Shown: positions 9,565 to 19,349, numbered from the stretch's first letter. The stretch is DNA of 64,000 nucleotides from Polyangia bacterium (GCA_041686345.1 JAWLEA010000002.1:5318-69317); one strand, 5' to 3'. Notes: generated by a model from the sequence alone, not told the origin. Numbers and translations are program-made.

Positions 9565-10620
9565 CTATTCGTGAACTACACAATTTCTACCTGCATTTTT
9601 GGCCTTGTAGAGATTGGTGTCGGCTTTTTGAATAAGTTCTCCCGGTGAATTGATGTTTTCATGGTTGGGATTAAAGGTATAAACCCCTAAACTTATGGTT
9701 ACAGTTACCATATTGCCTTCTGTATTCATCTTTTTGTCACCAACGCTTTTTCGAGCTCTTTCAGCAAACTCTATAGCACCTTTTAAGCCTGTATCAGGAA
9801 GAACAACTGTAAATTCTTCTCCTCCATAGCGGGCAAAAATTTCATTTTTGCGTACAGTAGACCTGATCCTGCTGGCAACTTCTTTCAAAACCAGATCCCC
9901 GATTAGGTGTCCATAATTATCATTAAATTCTTTAAAATGGTCAATATCAATCATGACCAGGCTGAGAGGATAATCGGAGCGCTTGGTACGCTCTATTTCT
10001 CGATCGAGATAGTCCAGGAGATATCTTTTATTGTAGGCTTCGGTGAGGGCATCTATGATGGTAAGTCGGTAGACCTCATCATGGTAGATGGTTTCATATT
10101 GATCTCCATGGAGAAATTTAAGCAAAACAGTACCAACCCTGATCATGTCTTGATTTTTGATAAAACGCTTGCCTCTAACCATAGTGTCATTAACGTAGGT
10201 TCCATTTGTGGAACCCATATCCCTGATCATATATTTTCCATTATTTGAAATTATCTGGGCATGCTTGCGGGATACACTGTCATTGATAAGCTGGATATCG
10301 GTATCAGGCTGGCGACCAATTATAGTAACAGATGATGATGGTATTTCTTTTGTTCTGCCCAGACCTGCTTCCGGAGGATACATTATTATAAGAACCCCAT
10401 TGCGATTAACTTGTTCATGGGGTTCTTCCAATTTGGTCACTTTTGTCTGAATCTCTTCTTCTTCATTTTCCAGGTGTTGATTCACTTCTTCCCTGGCATC
10501 GGGCTGAAGAATATAATGGGTTCTTTTCATTGTTCTTTTTTTATTTTCAGGCCCATTTCCATTGTTTTTATCATCCATTGCCAAATCCTGCTGACCCTTA
10601 TAGTTTCTGTTTATCGCCAA
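9565..10620 (-). CDS. FHA-domain diguanylate cyclase (FHA-GGDEF)
   Basis: FHA motif block IIGRQPDTDIQLINDSVSRKHAQI...GSTNGTYVN. The GGDEF domain carries an intact GGEEF motif (RYGGEEFTVVL). An acidic/low-complexity leader of about 100 aa precedes the FHA domain. Confidence 0.85.
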   Translation of the reverse strand: MAINRNYKGQQDLAMDDKNNGNGPENKKRTMKRTHYILQPDAREEVNQHLENEEEEIQTKVTKLEEPHEQVNRNGVLIIMYPPEAGLGRTKEIPSSSVTIIGRQPDTDIQLINDSVSRKHAQIISNNGKYMIRDMGSTNGTYVNDTMVRGKRFIKNQDMIRVGTVLLKFLHGDQYETIYHDEVYRLTIIDALTEAYNKRYLLDYLDREIERTKRSDYPLSLVMIDIDHFKEFNDNYGHLIGDLVLKEVASRIRSTVRKNEIFARYGGEEFTVVLPDTGLKGAIEFAERARKSVGDKKMNTEGNMVTVTISLGVYTFNPNHENINSPGELIQKADTNLYKAKNAGRNCVVHE

Positions 10621-10644
10621 ATAAAACCTTAAAAATTAAAAATT

Positions 10645-10666
10645 AGTGTTGGACGACTCCAACACT
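10645..10666 (-). terminator. Putative intrinsic terminator downstream of glpK
   Basis: Perfect 9-bp stem AGTGTTGGA/TCCAACACT with a 4-nt loop. On the minus strand it is followed by a U-rich tract (AAUUUUUAAUUUUUAAGGUUUUAUUU), immediately before the FHA-GGDEF start. Confidence 0.4.
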
Positions 10667-10815
10667 TGATTATACACAGCACAAATAAAAGAGCAAATCT
10701 TATTTTAAAAAAAAGAAAAAAGTAAACTTGACTGAAAACTCAGAATACCAAGTTTTGGGGGATCAAGAATAAAAGTTGGAGTTCTGTGAACAAATTTTCA
10801 GCATCGAAAAGATAA

Positions 10816-12300
10816 TCAAATACAAGATTTCTTAACAATCTTTTCCCAATAATCAGTATAATATAAGACTCTTTCTTTGTCCATTTCTGGTTCAAAATTT
10901 CGATCAAATTGAATTTTTGCTTTGATCTGTTTTCGGGAATTGATGATTCCCGCTCCCATTGCAGCTATAGCTGCCGCTCCATAAGCTGTTACTTCCAGAT
11001 TTTTGGGACGATAAACTGTTTTCTGCAAAATATCAGCCTGGAATTGAAGTAAAAGATTGTTGGCTGCTGCTCCTCCGTCTACTTTTAATTGTTCAATCTC
11101 TCTTCCGGCCGCACTCTCCATGGATTTCAACAGGGTAAAATTCTGCAGGACAATCCCATCCAAAACAGCACGAGCTAGATGATTTTTATTGGTATTTCTG
11201 GTCATTCCCCAAAAAACCGCTCTGGCATCAGGCTCCCAATAAGGAGCTCCAAGTCCAGACAAAGCAGGAACAAAGAAAACTCCACCACTATCTTCAACTT
11301 TAGCAGCAAGTTCCTCTATCTCAGCCGAATAACTGATAAGACCTAGATTATCCCGAAACCACTGCACCGCAGCCCCTGCAACAAAAGCACTCCCTTCAAG
11401 ACAATATTCAGTATTACCATCTATATCCCAAGCAACAGTAGTCAACAATCCACTATCAGACAGGACAAATTCATAACCAGTGTTCATCATGATAAAAGCA
11501 CCGGTACCATAAGTACATTTTGCTTCTCCGGGCAAAAAAGCGGCTTGACCAAATAAAGCAGCCTGTTGATCGCCCAAAATCCCGGTTATGGGAATTCCAT
11601 CGGGTAAAACTCCAACTCCTCTGGTTTTACCAAAAAGTGCATTTGAACTTTTGATCTCAGGAAGAACTTTTGTCGGTACTTGCAAATATTCGGCAAGTTC
11701 TTGATCCCACTGCAGAGTTTTCAGGTTAAAAAGAAGAGTACGGGAAGCATTGGTAAAATCTGTGGCATGCTCTTTACCTCCAGTCAACCTGGAAAGAAGA
11801 AAAGAATCAACAGTTCCAAACTTGATTTCTCCCTTTCTGGCTTTTTGGTGAAGATCGTATTCATCAAGAATCCATCTGATTTTTGTCCCGGAAAAATAAG
11901 GATCCAGCAACAATCCGGTTTTCTGATGAAAAACAGGTTCCAACTTTCTTTTTTTCAATTCAGTACAGAGATCTCTGGTACGTCGACATTGCCAGACAAT
12001 AGCAGGTCCGATTGGTTTGAGGGTTTTATTGTCCCACAGAACAGTGGTTTCCCTCTGATTGGTAATTCCAATGGCAGCCAGATCTCTCGGATTTATCTGT
12101 CCTTTTTCCAACACCTGTTTAATAGAACCAAGAGTACTTTGCCAGATATCTTCAGAAGACTGTTCCATCCAGCCATTTTTTGGATAAACAGAAGAAAATT
12201 CAGTATATCCTTTTGCAATAATATTGAGGTCAAGATCCATAATCAGGCAGGTTGTTCCAGAAGTCCCCTGATCAATTGCAAGCAAATATGATTGAGTCAT
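10816..12300 (-). CDS. glpK: Glycerol kinase
   Basis: N-terminal AIDQGTSGTTCLIMD and the FGGY-family sugar-kinase pattern throughout 494 aa. Confidence 0.9.
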   Translation of the reverse strand: MTQSYLLAIDQGTSGTTCLIMDLDLNIIAKGYTEFSSVYPKNGWMEQSSEDIWQSTLGSIKQVLEKGQINPRDLAAIGITNQRETTVLWDNKTLKPIGPAIVWQCRRTRDLCTELKKRKLEPVFHQKTGLLLDPYFSGTKIRWILDEYDLHQKARKGEIKFGTVDSFLLSRLTGGKEHATDFTNASRTLLFNLKTLQWDQELAEYLQVPTKVLPEIKSSNALFGKTRGVGVLPDGIPITGILGDQQAALFGQAAFLPGEAKCTYGTGAFIMMNTGYEFVLSDSGLLTTVAWDIDGNTEYCLEGSAFVAGAAVQWFRDNLGLISYSAEIEELAAKVEDSGGVFFVPALSGLGAPYWEPDARAVFWGMTRNTNKNHLARAVLDGIVLQNFTLLKSMESAAGREIEQLKVDGGAAANNLLLQFQADILQKTVYRPKNLEVTAYGAAAIAAMGAGIINSRKQIKAKIQFDRNFEPEMDKERVLYYTDYWEKIVKKSCI

Positions 12301-12367
12301 TAAAATCCTTCCATAATAATTATTGATGATTTACAAAATTTAAAGCTTCTTTGGCAAAAGGCAGTAA

Positions 12368-14554
12368 TTAAAAATCACGACGCAGGTCACTGGTCATCAA
12401 TTTGGCAACTTCTTCCAGTTCATTGGCTGCATTCATCAAACCAATAAGTTTCAATTCATTTTCAACTTTGCTGATGGTTTCAACATATTTTTGAAAATTT
12501 GAATATTTGGCATCGAAAACAATCAAATCCGTTTCCAATTTCTCATTATTTTCTTCGAGCTCAGCCAATTGTTTGTTTTGCTGGGTAATAACTTCCTGCA
12601 GCTTTTTTATCTCTTTGGAATTGAACCCATTGTCTTCTCTATCCATTTCCTTAATTTTGTAATTCATCTCATCAATTTTTGAATTGAGAATATCGATTAT
12701 ATTGTTTTTTTCCTCGATATTGGCTCTTACCTGTTCTTTCAAAGTCTGAATCTCACTTGCGAATTGATTATTGCGATCCTTTTCGAGCAACAAAGAATCT
12801 TCAATTGAATCCATATAAAATTCGCAATTATCAAGACTCCCCATAACACTGGTCAAACTATTTCTACCGGCTTCCAGCATGGTCACCTTTTTATTGAGTT
12901 GTTCTTTCAAGATTTTCAATTTGTTACTTACAACCGTATTTTGCTTTTTTTCTTCGAGAAGTGATTTTGAATAGGATTCACAACTTGATTTCAGGTTCAT
13001 AATTCTTCTTTCAAGTTCTTCAATTTTCTTTTTATTTTCAGAATTTGATTCTCTTGTGGATGATTTGTTGATTTTTGCTTCCAATTGTGCCTTGTCGGTT
13101 TTTAATTGAGCAATTCTGTCTTCAAGATCTTTCAACTTTTTGTGGAGTTCTTTGTCTTCAGAATCCTTAACTTTTCTGGTAAGGTTATCATTTTCATCTT
13201 CCAGGAAAGCAATCTTCAACTCAAATTTTGATTTTTCAGAAGCCAATTGGTCGATATTGTCTCTTGCTTTTTCCAGATTATTCTTGAGGCTTTTCATTCT
13301 GGCGGATAATTCATCATTTTCCAGTTTTAATTTTTTTACATCTTCTATGATATGATTGAAACGACTGTCCTGATTGTCTTTATTCTCGACAACATTCATA
13401 ACTTCTGCCAACTCATCGATTCTTTTGGAAAATTCAGATGAAACAGAACCTTCTTCATAACTATTGGATTTCTCAATCCTGGCCTCCAGTTTTGCATTAT
13501 TGTTTTCCAATAACTCAATGGATTCATACAGAAATTTATTTTCTTCATAGAGTTCTTCCAAATCAATTTCTTTCAGTTCTCCATCGGCATCCTTGTCTAT
13601 TTGGCTTTCTCTGGTTTTAAGCTTTTCCAGTTCATATTGCAAAGCCTGATTATCATAATTGACTTGGGTCAATTTCTTTTCCAATTCAACAATTTCTTTG
13701 GCAAGAAGGGAATTCTCATCATTGAGATTATCCCTCTGGGTTTTCAAATCCTCTATTATCTCGGTCTGTTCGGCTTTTAATTTTGCCAGATGACGATTCT
13801 TGCCAGCTATCACCTTGTTAAGAGCCTCCACTTTATTGTCTTTTTCCATCAAACTAAGTTTTAGTTTTTTATTGCGTTTATTTTGTTTTGTTGTTTTTTT
13901 CTTGAGTTTTTCATATTTTTCCTGAATTCGCTCAAAGTCTGCAGCACCTTGGCTGAGAAGATGCTTGAGGCGGGAAACGGTTGAAGGGTATTTTTGTAAT
14001 TCTTCAATCTGCTCTTCCTGTTCGGATACCTTTTCCTGAAGACTGTTAATCCGAATCATAAATTCTTCTTCTTTTTTAAGAAGATTTTCTATCCTTTCGT
14101 TAGTGGCAATAAACTTTTTTCTGTAAACATCAATATCGGCAGAATTTTCTTTAAGATTTTCATTATCACTTTCCTGCTGTAAACAATTCAACTCTGATTT
14201 TCTGAGATTATTCCCCAATTCTTTAATTTTTTTCTGCAGATTTTTGATCTTTTTTTCTTTGGCTAATATTTCTCTTTTGACTAGAGAATTGAAATTATTT
14301 TGAAAAAAATTATCAAGTTCACCGGTATATTCAAAAATTCTTTCCAGTTTATTTTGAACAAAAGCACTGATTTTTTGAGTTGATTGAGGAAGTTGTTGAT
14401 CTTTTTCAAAATCATTGTTTTGAGAATTTTTGAGAAGTAAATACTTTTTTTTCCATTCTTCTTTTTCAGCCCAGTGGAACATAGTTCTTTCCCTGGATTT
14501 TTGCAGTTCCTCAGTTAAATATTCATGATTTGAAGTATCGCTGGAATTAGTCAT
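12368..14554 (-). CDS. Large coiled-coil protein (728 aa), function unknown
   Basis: Continuous heptad repeats and K/E-rich. No Walker motifs seen. Lies directly downstream of Ser/Thr kinase 14765-15682, with only a MITE between them. Confidence 0.7.
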   Translation of the reverse strand: MTNSSDTSNHEYLTEELQKSRERTMFHWAEKEEWKKKYLLLKNSQNNDFEKDQQLPQSTQKISAFVQNKLERIFEYTGELDNFFQNNFNSLVKREILAKEKKIKNLQKKIKELGNNLRKSELNCLQQESDNENLKENSADIDVYRKKFIATNERIENLLKKEEEFMIRINSLQEKVSEQEEQIEELQKYPSTVSRLKHLLSQGAADFERIQEKYEKLKKKTTKQNKRNKKLKLSLMEKDNKVEALNKVIAGKNRHLAKLKAEQTEIIEDLKTQRDNLNDENSLLAKEIVELEKKLTQVNYDNQALQYELEKLKTRESQIDKDADGELKEIDLEELYEENKFLYESIELLENNNAKLEARIEKSNSYEEGSVSSEFSKRIDELAEVMNVVENKDNQDSRFNHIIEDVKKLKLENDELSARMKSLKNNLEKARDNIDQLASEKSKFELKIAFLEDENDNLTRKVKDSEDKELHKKLKDLEDRIAQLKTDKAQLEAKINKSSTRESNSENKKKIEELERRIMNLKSSCESYSKSLLEEKKQNTVVSNKLKILKEQLNKKVTMLEAGRNSLTSVMGSLDNCEFYMDSIEDSLLLEKDRNNQFASEIQTLKEQVRANIEEKNNIIDILNSKIDEMNYKIKEMDREDNGFNSKEIKKLQEVITQQNKQLAELEENNEKLETDLIVFDAKYSNFQKYVETISKVENELKLIGLMNAANELEEVAKLMTSDLRRDF

Positions 14555-14593
14555 AAATTACTCCAATGAAAATAGTAAATTCCCAATTTTGAC

Positions 14594-14765
14594 TAGTTAG
14601 TTCCCATCCCCAAAATGGATGTCATCGTCTGACGACGGAAATTGAATTAATCTGCTTTGTCATAACTTCTTGAAATAGTGGCAACTATATCTGCGAAGTT
14701 ATTCCGCGCATCTCAATCCAATTTCTTCCCCAGCCGAAAACACCACTTCTGGGATGGGAACTAAT
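14594..14765 (-). repeat. MITE-like element, copy B (full, best-preserved TIRs)
   Basis: Left end ACTAGTTAGTTCCCATCCCCAAAATGGATGTC and right end CCACTTCTGGGATGGGAACTAATT form an imperfect terminal inverted repeat of about 22 bp. The copy exactly fills the gap between the kinase stop (14765) and the coiled-coil start (14554). Confidence 0.85.
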
Positions 14766-15682
14766 TATAACTTACCTAATGATCTGATAAAATCAGAAAA
14801 ATTAATACTGGAGAGAGGAATCCGTTCGTTGACAATAATCTGTTTTAAAAAATTCAAAGCCTCTCCACTGGTTGGTCTTTCCTCGATATTGGGGGAAAGA
14901 CCTGATAAAATCAATTCCTGCAAAGATCCAGGAACATCATTTCTGACATCTTCGAATTTTAACAGTGTACCTTTTTTTTTGAAATATATAAGGGGGTTTA
15001 TCAAAGTAAGGCTTTCAAAAAAACAAACCATGAGAGAATAAACATCAGTTCTTTCATCTCCAACCACCCCATCCAGTTGTTCAGGTGGCATATACCCTTT
15101 TTTGCCGGGAACTTTCCTGAATTTTTTTAATCTGAATCCAGCTTTGGAGATACCAAAATCCGTCAATTTTATCTCACCAGCATTGGAAAGCAGAATATTG
15201 GAAGGTGAAATGTCACGATGAACTATCCCGTCAATATCTTTGGATTTGATTTGTATATTATGGGCATAATTGAGAGCCTGTAACAACTCGAAATAAATAA
15301 ACACTGTAATTTCAACAGGAAAAGAAAGATAATTTTTGATCAATTTTTTAATTGCATTTCTCAAATCAAAACCTTCCACCCATTCCAAAATAATATAGTA
15401 GCGGGTCCGATCTTCAAAAAGGTCAATTACCCGTACAATATTGGAATGACAAAGAGTGGAATAAATTCGAGCTTCACTTTTGAAAAGCTCAACCAGATAG
15501 GGTTTTTTGGCCAGACCAGGCAATAATTCTTTGACAGCCACATCAACTTTGATTCCGCCGGCATTTCTTCTAATTCCTTTGTAAACCGCCCCCATTCCTC
15601 CTACAGTGATTAGTTTTTGTATTTTGTACATCCCATCTTTTAGAACATCACCGGGATCAAGCGGATTATCATTATTTTGCAT
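14765..15682 (-). CDS. Hanks-type Ser/Thr protein kinase, catalytic domain only
   Basis: Gly-loop VGGMGAVYKG. VAVKEL Lys. Catalytic loop HRDISPSNILL (Ser where Lys is canonical). DFGISK. PPE. Confidence 0.85.
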   Translation of the reverse strand: MQNNDNPLDPGDVLKDGMYKIQKLITVGGMGAVYKGIRRNAGGIKVDVAVKELLPGLAKKPYLVELFKSEARIYSTLCHSNIVRVIDLFEDRTRYYIILEWVEGFDLRNAIKKLIKNYLSFPVEITVFIYFELLQALNYAHNIQIKSKDIDGIVHRDISPSNILLSNAGEIKLTDFGISKAGFRLKKFRKVPGKKGYMPPEQLDGVVGDERTDVYSLMVCFFESLTLINPLIYFKKKGTLLKFEDVRNDVPGSLQELILSGLSPNIEERPTSGEALNFLKQIIVNERIPLSSINFSDFIRSLGKL

Positions 15683-15961
15683 GAATTTATAATAATTTTT
15701 ACCTTCAACAAACTCAAGAGAAAAAATCGGCTGTCAGTTGTTTTTCTAAACTTGACACCAAATATTCCCCGGAAAAGATTTCGATTATTTCCTGATTGAA
15801 TTGAAATAAAGTATTTTAATTACTTCAAACATGAGGAACAGTTCAATAATAAAGTACTATTAACTGATAAGGACATCTGATATAGTCAAGCAGAAACTTA
15901 TTATCTTTGAGATAAAAAGAGAATAATTGCTTTAAAAAGATTAAATTTGGAGTGAAATTCG

Positions 15962-17419
15962 ATGGAGTTTGAATACAGATTATTGCTGTTGACTGATGTT
16001 GAAAACATTGAGAAAGTCCTTGCAAGTTTCAAACCGCTGAATCTAACTCAAACCTCTGATAACAAAATTTATAATGTCACTTCTAATCAGAGTAATTTTG
16101 CTTTTCAATTGCATCTCAGTTATTCCATCAAAGACTGTCTTAAAAAAATTAAAAAATTTATTTATCACAGTTTTCTGATCGATGGCAATGCCAAGAAAAT
16201 TTCACCTCTCAAATTTATTGAAATTTACAACAAATCTCACTATAGCAACAGAATTCTCAGTATCAGCAAAATTCTTGTTATTTTTCCGTTATCACCACCT
16301 TCTTCCCGCTTACTGCTGGAATTAGGAAAAAAACAAATCGGTGATGTCTGGGTCAAAGGACAGGATCATCCTCTGATTCAACACATACAAAATATAATTA
16401 TCAGATCAAAACCGGGGAAAACAGCTCTCTGCCTTGCCGGAGGGGGAATAGAAGGACTTATCTACGAACTGGGAGTACTCAGTTACCTCAACGATATCAT
16501 GGTCAATAAAACAGTAAAGGACTTTGATATCTTTACAGGTATCAGTGCCGGTTCAATTATTTCATCAGCTCTAGTCAATGGAATTCCCACAGAAGAAATA
16601 ACCAGAGCTTTTTTTGCCGACTCTTCCTTGTTTAAGCCAATCCGGCCCTATAAGCTTTTTGATTTGAGTTTAAAAGAAATCACCAGTCGTTTTCTCAATA
16701 TTGCCCTTAATAAAAACAAAAATAAATTTAATCTTGAAAGCTTGACCAGCCTTATTCCAAACGCCGCTTTCAAAGGTGATATTATCGAAGATGTCATTCA
16801 AGATTTTCTTTCCAGTCCCGGTCATACAGGTGATTTTAAAAAACTGGAAAAAGAATTGTATATCGGAGCCACCGATCAGGACACCTACGAACACATAATC
16901 TTTGGTTCCAAAGGCTGGCAGGATGTTCCCATCCACAGGGCTGTCCATGCTTCCATGTCCCTGATTCCTTTTTATGAACCTCAATGGATAAACGGACGCT
17001 GGTTCATTGACGGCTCCTTTACCAAAACATCAGAAATTGATATCGCCATTGAAAAAGGTGCCACTCTGGTTGTAATTGTGGATCCTCTGGTACCGGTCAA
17101 AACCTCTCAAACCGGTTATGTCCGTGAAAAAGGGGGTATTTTTGCCGGGATTCAAGGGTTGAAAGCACTTATTAATACCCGTTTCAAGGAAGTTCTTCCC
17201 CACCTTATTGAATCCAACCCCAAAGTTGATTTTGTTGTCTTTGTTCCAGGAAAAGAAGATATGTCAAAAATGAGCGGAATCATGTTCAGATATAGATACC
17301 GCCTCGAAATAGTCAGGATTACCAGGGAAACAGCTATGGCCACCTTCAAGGAAAAAGGCCTCAGAGTTAAAGATGCTTTCAAAAGACATGGAATTGAACT
17401 TTCTGTTCATAATACATAA
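15962..17419 (+). CDS. Patatin-like phospholipase with about 150-aa N-terminal extension
   Basis: LAGGGIEGLIYELG, an oxyanion-hole-like motif. GISAGS (GxSxG nucleophile). IDGSF (catalytic Asp). Divergently oriented from the kinase. Confidence 0.8.
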   Translation: MEFEYRLLLLTDVENIEKVLASFKPLNLTQTSDNKIYNVTSNQSNFAFQLHLSYSIKDCLKKIKKFIYHSFLIDGNAKKISPLKFIEIYNKSHYSNRILSISKILVIFPLSPPSSRLLLELGKKQIGDVWVKGQDHPLIQHIQNIIIRSKPGKTALCLAGGGIEGLIYELGVLSYLNDIMVNKTVKDFDIFTGISAGSIISSALVNGIPTEEITRAFFADSSLFKPIRPYKLFDLSLKEITSRFLNIALNKNKNKFNLESLTSLIPNAAFKGDIIEDVIQDFLSSPGHTGDFKKLEKELYIGATDQDTYEHIIFGSKGWQDVPIHRAVHASMSLIPFYEPQWINGRWFIDGSFTKTSEIDIAIEKGATLVVIVDPLVPVKTSQTGYVREKGGIFAGIQGLKALINTRFKEVLPHLIESNPKVDFVVFVPGKEDMSKMSGIMFRYRYRLEIVRITRETAMATFKEKGLRVKDAFKRHGIELSVHNT

Positions 17420-17489
17420 GTTTACACTACCCGTTTCTCTGATCAATACTTTAAAGAAACGGAAATATACCGACTAATACAGGATTATC

Positions 17490-19301
17490 ATGAAATATAG
17501 ACTTTTTTTAATTATCTTTCTTTTTTTCTCCTGCAAAAACAATAAACCTGAATTAAGCGAAAAAAATCAGGACAAAAAATCACAGAATACTAAAAATAAA
17601 AACAAGAACACTGCTCGAAAAAAACAAAAGAAAAACAATCAAAACAAATTGAAAAATCGTTCCATCTTTAAATTAGAACTAGATAAAAAGCTTTTTGTTT
17701 TTGACAACATGACCATTGCTCCTTCCTTTGTTTTTGAACAAAACAGCAACCAGGATATTTCAAAATTGGTTGATTTCATGAACAAATGGGAAATAAACAG
17801 TTATTCCAGTGAAAACCAAAGATTCACTGCCCGGTTTCTGGCAAAATTGATCAACGCCCTTAATAATGATAAAAGCAAAAATTACAAGAAAATCTTTAAA
17901 TTGCGGAAATATGCTCTCTACCTGATGCTTACTAAAAACATACCTAATTCTGAACACTTCCCTCTTCAAAACAAAGAATTCGACAAGTTAACCATAAATT
18001 ATTTCAACAAGGGATATAATTTCTACAGCACTTCTCTCAAAAAGCTTAAAATTAATCTGGAAAAGGTAAAAAATGTTATTTTCAACCATAAGAAAACGAG
18101 TAGAATTTCGCGTCAATCAACTCTGGTGTCGCTGCAAGATCTATTCAAAAATTCCAAATCTGAAAATAATACCAAATTAGAAACAATGATTTCATTTCTT
18201 ACCAAGGGAAATCATCAAACCAAAAAGGATTTCAGATTTTTCCCTTTTGAATTCAGTATGCACCCCCAAAAGGGAAACGCTCCAAACATCTGGCTAAAGT
18301 TTCTTTTTCCCGAAAACAATGCCGGCAGTATTAAAAATAAAATCTCATCTATTCTTTCCTCCCCTCCCTTTAATTACGGAATCGAGTTGAATAAAAATAA
18401 ATATTACGATTCTTATCTTCTGCTGGCCTCGGGAAAGTGTCCCCTTTGCTTTAAACCTGAGGATACTCCCGGCAATGCAAATCTTCCACGCAATTTAAGA
18501 AAAATGGACTGGGGAAAATATGGAGAAAAACTTATAAAAAAATTATTTGGGAATAAAGTAACTTCAACTTTTTTCAGTTGTACCCCTTCCTATCTTGATT
18601 TTGTCTCCATCTACGAGCATCTAATTGCAAATTCTAAAAATATACCGGGGATATATCTCAACAGCCAATATATGTCCAAAAATTTTAAAGATAATCAACT
18701 TCTTAAAAAAATCTGGCTTAAAGCGTTTTTGCAATATCTTTTTCTCAACAAAGAATTCAGTCGTGCTTTTTTCAAGCCGGATTGCCAGTTAATTCCAGTT
18801 TTCTTTACCGCCTACAAATACATAATACAAAGGAGTATCGGAAAAAACAATATTGAAACTTTGGCCAACGGCTATTATCTTCGAGGTCTTCTTTCCAATC
18901 ATTTACCTGAAATTACCCGCAAAAATGAAGATGATATAGAACCAACAATTGAAAAAAGTAAAAATGATAAAAAGATATCCTTTGACAAATACGATTTTTT
19001 CTTTGATCCCAAACACCATCCTGTTCTGTTTGACCAGGACAAGTTAAAAACCAGGGTTGAACAATTATTGATCCAACTTTCCGGGATGCACGGTAATCCC
19101 GGACGCTGGCTCAAGGAAAATACAATACCTTTTGACAACATGATTTCCCCAGAAAAAATCAAGGAATTGAAAGAAAAAATATTAACCAAAGAAATACCTG
19201 ATGCCAGAGTCTATCTTCCTGCCCATATTATTTTCAGGGGAGAAAGAATACATTATACCCACGCTAATGATGCCTCTGAACATTTTATTTCTTTTTATTG
19301 A
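17490..19301 (+). CDS. Hypothetical lysine-rich lipoprotein
   Basis: Lipobox IFLFFSCKNN. 603 aa with no recognisable domain. Confidence 0.6.
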   Translation: MKYRLFLIIFLFFSCKNNKPELSEKNQDKKSQNTKNKNKNTARKKQKKNNQNKLKNRSIFKLELDKKLFVFDNMTIAPSFVFEQNSNQDISKLVDFMNKWEINSYSSENQRFTARFLAKLINALNNDKSKNYKKIFKLRKYALYLMLTKNIPNSEHFPLQNKEFDKLTINYFNKGYNFYSTSLKKLKINLEKVKNVIFNHKKTSRISRQSTLVSLQDLFKNSKSENNTKLETMISFLTKGNHQTKKDFRFFPFEFSMHPQKGNAPNIWLKFLFPENNAGSIKNKISSILSSPPFNYGIELNKNKYYDSYLLLASGKCPLCFKPEDTPGNANLPRNLRKMDWGKYGEKLIKKLFGNKVTSTFFSCTPSYLDFVSIYEHLIANSKNIPGIYLNSQYMSKNFKDNQLLKKIWLKAFLQYLFLNKEFSRAFFKPDCQLIPVFFTAYKYIIQRSIGKNNIETLANGYYLRGLLSNHLPEITRKNEDDIEPTIEKSKNDKKISFDKYDFFFDPKHHPVLFDQDKLKTRVEQLLIQLSGMHGNPGRWLKENTIPFDNMISPEKIKELKEKILTKEIPDARVYLPAHIIFRGERIHYTHANDASEHFISFY

Positions 19302-19349
19302 TTTCTGGGCAAACTAACGCCTTTTCTGCAAACAATCCTTCCTTAACCT

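Noticed and set aside
14754-15041. Plus-strand 95-aa ORF overlapping the end of the kinase
   Set aside because: It is antisense to the kinase C-terminus and begins inside the MITE. There is no support.
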